Shown: positions 13,328-20,550, numbered from the stretch's first letter. The stretch: DNA of 64,000 bases from a virus (IMGVR_UViG_3300037067_015270:1-64000); one strand, 5' to 3'. Notes: generated from the sequence alone by a model not told the origin. Numbers and translations: made by a program.

Positions 13328-13883
13328 TTTCTTTACCCTGTACAGCCTCGGTAGCAATATCAAATTGTTGCTTGATATATCTCGTCGCGAACACCAGTAG
13401 TGTATTGAGATTTAAAACGACCTTGTATTCGCTGTGTTCAAGATGAACTAATATTTCATCATTGATTTGATTATCACCAGATAACTCAACCGCGCCAACA
13501 GCATTATTCAGTACTCTGCCGTTAACGTGAGCAACGACACCGTGGCCGACTGGATCTACCCAATCATCAGATAAGCCAGTAATATCCATAAATGCCAGCA
13601 GTTTTTTACTTTCCGGAGATCTAGCTAAACTAGATGCCATACTTGAAGGCTGTGGCAATCTAACTGCTATGTCGCGTTCCACCGGCTCTTCGTCATCATC
13701 GAATTTCACAATCCATGTCTCGAATGGTCTAACAGCAGAATAACACTTCCGAACCAACTTCACTAAAGTGGCAACCCCTTCGCAAAGTGGTGGTCGATTT
13801 GTCAAGTCATCATTTGGAAATGTAATGGCGCTCCACAATTTGAAGATATTAACCTTCTGCCCAACTTTTAAAGCTGTTTTCAT
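13314..13883 (-). CDS. hypothetical protein (start probably MKTALK)
   Basis: ORF; ATG at 13883 is preceded by AGGGG, which is formed by the 3' end of an orphan CRISPR repeat. Confidence 0.65.
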   Translation of the reverse strand: MKTALKVGQKVNIFKLWSAITFPNDDLTNRPPLCEGVATLVKLVRKCYSAVRPFETWIVKFDDDEEPVERDIAVRLPQPSSMASSLARSPESKKLLAFMDITGLSDDWVDPVGHGVVAHVNGRVLNNAVGAVELSGDNQINDEILVHLEHSEYKVVLNLNTLLVFATRYIKQQFDIATEAVQGKETTAD

Positions 13884-13892
13884 TCTATACCC

Positions 13893-13928
13893 CCTGTAGC
13901 CACCTGGAAACAAGCAACGCGACAATAA
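13893..13928 (-). CRISPR. orphan degenerate CRISPR repeat
   Basis: CCTGTAGCCACCTGGAAAC matches array repeat CCTGTAGTCACCTGGAAAC at 18/19 positions. Confidence 0.75.
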
Positions 13929-13951
13929 TCTCCTTATTCTATATACTGTGG

Positions 13952-14479
13952 CTAAGCCATTTGCGGCCTTCTTTTCTTGAGCAGATCTCGTAAGTGATCG
14001 TTTTCGGCTTCGAGTTGTTTGATTCTTTCCATTAGTTCGTCAATAATAGCACTCATTCGTGCCTTTTCGCGACGAGCTACAGCATATGGATCTTCTCGTT
14101 TCTTTGGTGTTGTCGGCTGAGCGTTTTCAGCTTTGCTTGCTCTATTCTTGGCCTCATTATCGTCTAAGACCCTTTGTAACATTTGATATAACTTACCATT
14201 TGCCCATTGTTCCTCGTCCGGGAAATGGTCTAGAACAAGCTTCAATTCATAGAATGTTGCACAAAGGTCGTCGACGTATTCGTCAAGAATACTGAGCAAC
14301 TTATCGTCGTCGAACATGTTGTGATCGCTTCGAAAATCCTGATCATGGTAGACCTTCGTGAGCAACGTAATACGATGGTAAGCGTTACTGCCGCTCTGCT
14401 GTCGAAGTTCCTTGGCTTCCAACAATAAGCTTTTGTATGTCTTCGCGGACTCTTGATTCGTCTGTTTTGTCGATTTCAT
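13952..14479 (-). CDS. hypothetical coiled-coil protein downstream of CRISPR array 1
   Basis: 175-aa ORF with GGAG RBS. Confidence 0.7.
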   Translation of the reverse strand: MKSTKQTNQESAKTYKSLLLEAKELRQQSGSNAYHRITLLTKVYHDQDFRSDHNMFDDDKLLSILDEYVDDLCATFYELKLVLDHFPDEEQWANGKLYQMLQRVLDDNEAKNRASKAENAQPTTPKKREDPYAVARREKARMSAIIDELMERIKQLEAENDHLRDLLKKRRPQMA

Positions 14480-14630
14480 TAATAGTTCTCCTCAATCGTT
14501 TGTGGAAACCAGATAAATGGTAACATTCTCTACTACAATACTTCTGTTTGCCAGTCAATGGCATCTTACATATTGGACACAATTTACCTGAACGGGCAGC
14601 CATTTCTTCTGGCTCATATTCTGTAGTCAC
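14385..14630 (-). CDS. possible small Zn-ribbon protein
   Basis: CPIC...KYCSREC motif, but it overlaps the next gene by ~95 nt and its GTG start lies in a repeat fragment. Confidence 0.35.
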   Translation of the reverse strand: MTTEYEPEEMAARSGKLCPICKMPLTGKQKYCSRECYHLSGFHKRLRRTINEIDKTDESRVREDIQKLIVGSQGTSTAERQ

Positions 14631-14633
14631 CTG

Positions 14634-15145
14634 CCTGTAGTCACCTGGAAACGAACGCTATTTAACATTTCGCGTGTTTCTCGTCGTGTCCTGTAGTCAC
14701 CTGGGAACGAACGCTATTTAACATTCTAGCAGCCGAACAGAAATCCTGTAATCACCTGGGAACGAACGCAAATCGACACTGCTCTGTAGTCGATATTCAA
14801 TATTGACCAAGACCCCGAATTGCTGTATGGGAATAATCCCTGTAGTCACCTGGAAACGAACGCTATTTAACTTCAACCGGAAAACCGCAAGCGTTTTCGG
14901 CCTGTAGTCACCTGGAAACGAACGCTATTTAACATTTCAAAAAGACGACAGCGGTTTTTCCCGACCCTGTAGTCACCTGGAAACGAACGCTATTTAACAT
15001 TTGTCCTCTGGGAACGAACGCTATTTAACATTTCGCGTGTTTCTCGTTGTGTCCTGTAGTCACCTGGAAATGAACGCTATTTAACATTTGTTGCATCGCT
15101 CGTGTTTCTCCTGTAGTCACCTGGAAACGAACGCTATTTAACATT
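14634..15145 (-). CRISPR. CRISPR array 1 (36-nt repeat; 8 full-length copies, one degenerate, plus fragments)
   Basis: Plus-strand repeat CCTGTAGTCACCTGGAAACGAACGCTATTTAACATT at 14634, 14690, 14745 (degenerate), 14839, 14901, 14966, 15053 and 15110, with partial copies at ~14784 and ~15008. Clean spacers are 19-29 nt. The array starts 11 nt after the stop codon of the 401-aa gene. Confidence 0.95.
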
Positions 15146-15156
15146 ACGCTGATGGG

Positions 15157-16362
15157 TTATCCAGCCATCCTCTTACGCTTACACTCGCCGACACGCCGAA
15201 CAACAACATCAATATCGACCTTGTTGCAAGCCTTTTGAATCAGCGAACTCATTTGTTGCCAATCCCATCGAGTTGATTCCATATCGCAATCACGTACACG
15301 ACCGATTTTTTCCATGCATCGGTCGTCGCGTGTATCGCCAACAGGCTCAAATACCACAAGCCGACCTATACCTGCAAGACGGAGCCGCCTGACCATTTCG
15401 TTGGCGAGATGGATATTCCACGTCTTGACGAAATCTCGCCATCGCCGCGTCAACTTCTCTCGGCTACTGATCGCGACTTTCCGCTTCCTTTTGCCAGCAT
15501 TACAGACACGCTGGATTGTTAGAGACTTGCGAGTATAACCAATATCGTTACCACGGCGCAAACGAGTACTCGTTCTGCCATTAATGCGAAACAAAATCGG
15601 ACGTGCGAATCCGCCAGACAAGAAAGCCGTCTTATTCTTGTCGATTGGTAGCTTTACCTTTGGGATAGAATGGCAAATCTGAGCATACCATTTGCCGTCG
15701 CGTTCGAGTAAATCGACGCCCTTGATATCCCATTCTTTGGCAGCAATCTTCCAAAGCATATCACGAATGGAATGAAGACGATAATCTTTGGTCTTGATTT
15801 TGAAGACCATCACGGTATCATCTAGACACGCCTGTAACTTCCAATCACCATCGTCTGCGTCAGGTATGATGATGTGGCAGTCGCTTGTGTAAAACGGAAT
15901 TATACCGCGTTTAGAAGATTGTGGCAATTCACCAAGTCCGGATAGAACAATCATCCATCGAGGATAGGCCGACTTGATGCCGGACTTCCTGATCAGATTC
16001 TTCATCGCCTTGTTGATTGCCAATTGAATCTGCTTCGTGTCGTAGTCGGGATGCGATTCGGCGATAATGGCACGAAGCCGGTCGTTCATTTCAGGGCTAC
16101 ATGGATCGACAGGACATCGGGTACGGGGACCGACCCGACTGGCCGGGTCATATAACCATTGTCTATCGTGCGCCATCCATTCTCGGACGACCAAATGGTT
16201 GCCTGCTTCATAATGAAGACGGAGCCAAGTAGCTGCGAAATCATTCGTGCACTGCTGGATTTTGGTGGCGAGAGTAGACAGAAGCTTCTTTTCTGCTGCG
16301 AAGTCTCCGTCGCTACCAATTAAGTCAACCCTTTTGTTCTTGACGATTCGTTGTAATCCCAT
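15157..16362 (-). CDS. cas12f: Cas12f-like (type V-F/TnpB family) effector, predicted nuclease-dead, 401 aa
   Basis: Motifs IIPFY, LWKIAAKEWDIKGVDLL..GKWYAQICH, KTAFLSGG (RuvC-I Asp replaced by S249), GRLVVFEP, WDWQQM..LIQKAC. Ends before the Zn finger and RuvC-III. Flanked by an array and a tracrRNA-like gene. Confidence 0.85.
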   Translation of the reverse strand: MGLQRIVKNKRVDLIGSDGDFAAEKKLLSTLATKIQQCTNDFAATWLRLHYEAGNHLVVREWMAHDRQWLYDPASRVGPRTRCPVDPCSPEMNDRLRAIIAESHPDYDTKQIQLAINKAMKNLIRKSGIKSAYPRWMIVLSGLGELPQSSKRGIIPFYTSDCHIIIPDADDGDWKLQACLDDTVMVFKIKTKDYRLHSIRDMLWKIAAKEWDIKGVDLLERDGKWYAQICHSIPKVKLPIDKNKTAFLSGGFARPILFRINGRTSTRLRRGNDIGYTRKSLTIQRVCNAGKRKRKVAISSREKLTRRWRDFVKTWNIHLANEMVRRLRLAGIGRLVVFEPVGDTRDDRCMEKIGRVRDCDMESTRWDWQQMSSLIQKACNKVDIDVVVRRVGECKRKRMAG

Positions 16363-16374
16363 CTAGCTCTCTCC

Positions 16375-16473
16375 AAAATAAAGGTGACTCTGGCGAGGGC
16401 TAACACGGTACGAAATGCCCGCAGCTATTCTCGCCTTCGAGACGTACAGGACGCCTCTGGTTGAGTCTTGTTT
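16375..16473 (-). ncRNA. tracrRNA-like RNA, copy 1
   Basis: One of three near-identical elements. Upstream -10 TACAAT (16477-16482), hairpin with a CCUGU loop, GGCGAG/CUCGCC stem, 3' AGUCACCU then a U-run. Both anti-repeat parts are complementary to the repeat 3' end AGGUGACUACAGG. Confidence 0.8.
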
Positions 16474-16508
16474 CATATTGTAGTACGAAAAAGGAATTGG
16501 TTAATTGC

Positions 16509-16704
16509 CCTGTAATCGTTGCACAACGCCCTGTAATCACCTGGGAACAAGCAGAAGAACGAGGCCCTGTAGTCACATGGGAACGAGAGGTACTCTCCAT
16601 TTTCGACTTTTATTCGTGTAAGGTTCAAGTTCTGTAGTCACCTTGGAACGAACGGTACTCTCTATTAGACTCGACAAGAACGTATCGATGCCGCTCCTGT
16701 AGTC
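16509..16704 (-). CRISPR. degenerate mini-array downstream of tracrRNA copy 2
   Basis: Repeat variants at 16509 (fragment), 16530, 16566, 16631 and 16696 (3' 9 nt only); two 29-nt spacers (16602-16630, 16667-16695). Confidence 0.75.
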
Positions 16705-16797
16705 AGGTGACTCTGGCGAGGGCTAACACGGTATGCTAGATCCGCAGCTATTCTCGCCTTCGAGACGTACAGGACGCCTCTGATTGAGTCTTGTTTC
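16667..16797 (-). ncRNA. tracrRNA copy 2 fused to a repeat end and spacer (natural sgRNA candidate)
   Basis: Minus strand reads ...CTCGCCAG-AGTC-ACCT-GACT-ACAGG-[29-nt spacer]; own GTGCTACAAT promoter at 16801-16810. Confidence 0.7.
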
Positions 16798-16857
16798 ATA
16801 ATTGTAGCACGAGTTAACTTGCTGATATTCTTCCCGTCTGATACTTTCCGGAAACTT

Positions 16858-16989
16858 CCTATAATCACCTGGAAACGAGCGCTTGCTTGTGTGTTCGATG
16901 TCCTGTAGCCACCTGGGAACGAACGCTATTCTCCATCAGTTAAACAATTTACATTACGCTGGTAGGTCTATTTGGCCTGTAATCACCTA
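16858..16989 (-). CRISPR. degenerate repeats downstream of the 431-aa gene
   Basis: CCTATAATCACCTGGAAACG (16858), CCTGTAGCCACCTGGGAACGAACGCTATT (16902), CCTGTAATCACCTAG (16976), and a leader-like ACATTACGCTG at ~16951. Confidence 0.65.
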
Positions 16990-16992
16990 GTT

Positions 16993-18288
16993 CTATGCCG
17001 CTTTCAACTTCTTCTTCCGTTCACCAATCTTCCTGACCGTGACCTCGATACCAACAGCCTTGCAGGCTTGTTGTAATAAAAGCTGCATCTGATACCAGTC
17101 CCATCCGGTCGATTCCCTGAGTCCAGGAATCTTCCCAATTTTGGACAGGCATCTCGAATCACGCAAGTCCCCAGCGGGCTGATACACAACGACACGACCT
17201 GTCTTGGATTTGATACACCGTTGCACAACTTCTGCGGCCCATCGGCTATTGGTCGTCTTGACCATATCACGCCATTTCATCCTAATCTTATCGCGCCACT
17301 GTATCGACTTCCTACCGTGTCCTTTCCTGGCACTCGATGCGTATTTGTACGATTCATTCTTACCAAAACGTTGGTTAGTGAGCGACTGCCGTACACGTTC
17401 AATCTGCTTGCCATCGAGGAGGCTCATTAAGGTCCTATCACCGATTCGCAGCATCATACCATTGTGGTATCCCGCAGACACGAAAGCCGTCTTCATGCCG
17501 TCTAACACTGGCTTCTCGACATTTGTAATCTTGTAGCAAATATGGGCATACCACCGACCGTCACGAAGAACGAGTGAAGAAGTGTTAAAAATCCACTCTC
17601 CGGACGCAATCTTCCACAAAGCCTCGCGGATGGTCTTCAAATTGCGACCACCTGTTCGCATCTTGAAGACCATTGGACGTAACGTACGCGTTCCAATCCT
17701 CTTCTCGAAGCGAACTTCCAATTTCCATGGGTCTTTGATGGTCTTCGGAATTATGACGCTGGCGTTCGAAGTATAGAACGGAACCGGCGCTTGTTTTTGT
17801 GCTTGTGGGAATTCACCAAATCCGGAAAGAATCGTCATCCATCGCTTGTAAGCCGATTTCGACGATGGCATCTGAGTGAGAGTCTTCGCGGCAATTTGTG
17901 TGACGATACCGATTGGCTTCGTTCCGAGATTACCATGTTCCTCAGTCAGCAACTTGTAAAGCTGTCTCGACATTGCTGGATCACACGGATTGACAGGGCA
18001 TTTAATACGCGGCGGTGCTCCCTTCTTGCCTTTATAGGCTTTCGCCCATTCCTTATCCTTCTCGATCCATTCTCGAACGGCCAGATGATTTCCGGCTTGC
18101 TGATGCAACCGTAGCCATTGATTGGCGTAATCGTTCACAATCTGTTGCATTTGGATTGCTAATCCGGCGAGACATTTTTTATCTGCTGCGAAGTTGTCAT
18201 CACTACCGGTCAATTCAACGCGAATGATCTTCGTGATGCCATCGGGCTTCTTTTTACGTGGTTTCTTCGCTTCAACTAATTCACTCAT
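16993..18288 (-). CDS. cas12f: Cas12f-like effector, predicted nuclease-dead, 431 aa
   Basis: Colinear with Cas12f1-type motifs: IASGEW...WYAHICY, LDGMKTAFVSAG (D to S271), DGKQIERVRQ..KYASSARKGHGRK, KTTNSRWAAEVV, GRVVVYQP (no RuvC-II Glu), WDWYQMQ..ACKAVGIEV. No CxxC Zn finger or third catalytic Asp. Confidence 0.9.
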   Translation of the reverse strand: MSELVEAKKPRKKKPDGITKIIRVELTGSDDNFAADKKCLAGLAIQMQQIVNDYANQWLRLHQQAGNHLAVREWIEKDKEWAKAYKGKKGAPPRIKCPVNPCDPAMSRQLYKLLTEEHGNLGTKPIGIVTQIAAKTLTQMPSSKSAYKRWMTILSGFGEFPQAQKQAPVPFYTSNASVIIPKTIKDPWKLEVRFEKRIGTRTLRPMVFKMRTGGRNLKTIREALWKIASGEWIFNTSSLVLRDGRWYAHICYKITNVEKPVLDGMKTAFVSAGYHNGMMLRIGDRTLMSLLDGKQIERVRQSLTNQRFGKNESYKYASSARKGHGRKSIQWRDKIRMKWRDMVKTTNSRWAAEVVQRCIKSKTGRVVVYQPAGDLRDSRCLSKIGKIPGLRESTGWDWYQMQLLLQQACKAVGIEVTVRKIGERKKKLKAA

Positions 18289-18333
18289 TTCGTCTCCAAA
18301 ATCACTTTGGACGGTTATCCTCTATAATCATAT

Positions 18334-18428
18334 AAATAAAAGGTGACTCTGGCGAGGGCTAACACGGTATGCTAGATCCGCAGCTATTCTCGCCTTCGAG
18401 ACGTACAGGACGCCTCTGATTGAGTCTT
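18334..18428 (-). ncRNA. tracrRNA-like RNA, copy 3
   Basis: Same element as copies 1 and 2; TGTGCTACAAT extended -10 at 18433-18443; ends AGTCACCTTTTATTT. Confidence 0.8.
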
Positions 18429-18486
18429 CATAATTGTAGCACAAAAAAGGAATTGGTTAACTGGAATTCAATCTATTCATCGAGCC

Positions 18487-18990
18487 TCTGCAGTCACCTG
18501 GGAACGAACGCCATTTACAACCTTTCCGAGAACGAATCGACGATGCCCTGTAGTCCTGTAGTTACCTGGAACGAACACTATTCGGCTTACTTGATACTCG
18601 ATTGGGCAAGCCCTGTAGTCACCTGAGAACGAACACTATTTAACATTCTACTCACCTGTAGTCGCCTGGGAACGAGTGCTATTCAATATTTGGAATAGTT
18701 ACATTTGTAACGGTCTTAGCCCTGTAGTCACCTGGGAACGAGTGCTATTCAACATTTTGAACTAAAATGAACGATTTAGACAGTCTCCTGTAGTCACCTG
18801 GGAACGAGTGCTATTCAACATTCGCCGTGTTCTCCTGTAGTCACCTGGGAACGAGTGCTATTCAACATTCGCCTTTGCAGTTTAGCGCCCCTGTAGTCAC
18901 CTGGGAACGAGTGCTATTCAACATTCGATATCCGCATGACCCTTAAGTACGGCACCTGTAGTCACCTGGGAACGAGTGCTATTCAACATT
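18487..18990 (-). CRISPR. CRISPR array 2 (36-nt repeat; 7 good and 2-3 degenerate copies)
   Basis: CCTGTAGTCACCTGGGAACGAGTGCTATTCAACATT at 18721, 18787, 18834, 18890 and 18955, with variants at 18655, 18612, 18555 and 18487. Spacers are 29, 20, 11, 30, 30 and 7 nt from the leader end. Degeneration increases leftward, so the leader is on the right. Confidence 0.95.
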
Positions 18991-19095
18991 ACGCCAATGG
19001 GTGGTGTGTTGAATAGCACTCTGATTTGTTATAGCACAACAACGATGCTTATTAATTTAACAGGATATTAATTCTGTCCGGTGTCGTGCTATAAT
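18991..19095. promoter_or_regulatory. array-2 leader with anti-repeat and divergent extended -10 promoters
   Basis: TGTTGAATAGCACTC (19007-19021) is the reverse complement of repeat nt 20-34. Minus-strand TGTGCTATAAC at ~19027-19037; plus-strand GTGCTATAAT at 19086-19095. Confidence 0.65.
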
Positions 19096-19100
19096 TGAGT

Positions 19101-19799
19101 ATGAAGCTCAATAAGCGATACATCTATCCGCCCCGTCCAACTAAAAATGCCATTCCATTCTCCGAAATAGGGGTATACTCACAATACGGGTGGGTGGCAC
19201 AATTGAAGGTGAACGATCTTCGTACCGAATTCAGTATAGCTGGAGATGATGTCGAGTTCTTCAATCGCCACAACGGTAAGCATCAACCGAACCGTATCCC
19301 ACAATATATGGCAACAGAAGTCCTTGAGATCTGCAGAAAATTGGGCTTCGGTGTTGATGGATGGAATTATCTTGACGGTGGTCTAATGTGTTGTAAGAAT
19401 CGCCAGGTCTCAGGGATTGCAGCCATTTGGGATATTTTAGTGCTGCAGGGGGAGTGGCTCTTGGATACCACTTACCAATATCGCTATGACCTGATCGCTC
19501 AACAAAACTCAGAGCCGTTTATTATTACGGTCGGCGGCAAGGACTTTGATATTGGGCTCAAATTGAGTGAGCATATTTTTATTCCTCGACTATATGAGGA
19601 TTATAATATTCCGTGGCAACTAGCCAAAGACGTAAATGCCGCTGCCGGTTGGTCTGGTAAAGATGATGGTGAGAACATCTTGGAAGGCGTCGTCTTGAAG
19701 GACACAACCGGTATCTTGAAACCGGACAACGGTAAGGAAGCCAATAATACTTCTTGGGGGGCGCGTTCTAGATTCACCACGGGACGATCGCGCTTCTAA
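19101..19799 (+). CDS. ATP-dependent ligase/capping-enzyme-like nucleotidyltransferase (adenylation domain only)
   Basis: Motif I WVAQLKVNDLR (KxDGxR variant), FFNRH, YLDGGL, WDIL, motif IV EGVVLK; probably a leaderless transcript. Confidence 0.7.
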   Translation: MKLNKRYIYPPRPTKNAIPFSEIGVYSQYGWVAQLKVNDLRTEFSIAGDDVEFFNRHNGKHQPNRIPQYMATEVLEICRKLGFGVDGWNYLDGGLMCCKNRQVSGIAAIWDILVLQGEWLLDTTYQYRYDLIAQQNSEPFIITVGGKDFDIGLKLSEHIFIPRLYEDYNIPWQLAKDVNAAAGWSGKDDGENILEGVVLKDTTGILKPDNGKEANNTSWGARSRFTTGRSRF

Positions 19800-19886
19800 T
19801 TTTCAGCGTGTTTCTTCCGATGACAATTAGCACAAAGCAAATCGCTTAGGATAGTTTGGATTAATAGTAATACTTTGTGGTGCTAT

Positions 19887-20108
19887 ATGAGAGACAAAAC
19901 CAAAAAGATAGAAGAAATCGAACAAACAAATCTCCAACGATTTTGTTCAGAAGTGTTATGCTGTCTGATCTCGAAGGGCTCACGGATGCGTATTAGTCGC
20001 TGCCAATATCTCGAACGCCGTGGCAAAGAACCAGAGGAACTGACGACCAGCGAGAAGATAATCAAGCTAATCTTCTTGGATTGGTTGAAATGTCAACTCC
20101 GGTGGTGA
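19887..20108 (+). CDS. hypothetical protein
   Basis: short ORF (MRDKTK...) after GTGCTAT. Confidence 0.45.
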   Translation: MRDKTKKIEEIEQTNLQRFCSEVLCCLISKGSRMRISRCQYLERRGKEPEELTTSEKIIKLIFLDWLKCQLRW

Positions 20109-20489
20109 TCAACCAGATTGGGCTTTGTTGACGAGATGCCTCAACATCCACGTCGCCAGATTATCGCCCCTGTGCGACCGGTCCTCTAATGCTTTAGCGA
20201 ATTCTTTGTTATCTCTGTTATCTTCGCAGATTCTATCGTAGCACTTCTGGAACTCCGCAGCATTAGTTTCCGTCTTTAGAGCCTCGGCTTCATCGAATAG
20301 CTTATCTCTTTCCTCACCCTTAGCCTTGCCCGCACGATTATAGATCCTCTTCATCTCGTCGTAGAGCTTCTGACCACGCAGGCTCTTTCTAGGCTTTTCT
20401 TCCCGGACCTTATCTCCTATTTTCGCACCCACCTTCGAGGGGTCTATATTATCAAGTGCTTCGTATAATAGTCTATCGAAGTATCTCAT
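20109..20489 (-). CDS. hypothetical charged protein (candidate internal head protein)
   Basis: MRYFDRLLYEALD start; CAAATATA motif just upstream. Confidence 0.65.
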   Translation of the reverse strand: MRYFDRLLYEALDNIDPSKVGAKIGDKVREEKPRKSLRGQKLYDEMKRIYNRAGKAKGEERDKLFDEAEALKTETNAAEFQKCYDRICEDNRDNKEFAKALEDRSHRGDNLATWMLRHLVNKAQSG

Positions 20490-20506
20490 GTAATATATTT
20501 GATGCA

Positions 20507-20535
20507 TTGATAAAGATACGTTCTGGTGCTATAAT
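20507..20535 (+). promoter_or_regulatory. sigma70-type promoter
   Basis: TTGATA-17 nt-TATAAT with extended TG. Confidence 0.65.
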
Positions 20536-20550
20536 AAGTTGGAGGAGGTC

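Noticed and set aside
15157-18288. IS200/IS605 or IS607 transposon (TnpB) interpretation
   Set aside because: No tnpA or transposon ends seen; true repeat-spacer arrays and separate tracrRNAs are present
16400-18626. Small ORFs 16400-16600, 16665-16868 and 18420-18626
   Set aside because: They lie over tracrRNA copies and repeats; no RBS or protein motifs
19806-19815. Self-target: GCGTGTTTCT matches 9-10 nt of three array-1 spacers
   Set aside because: A 9-10-nt match is close to chance expectation in 128 kb of double-stranded sequence and the PAM is unknown; revisit once a PAM is determined
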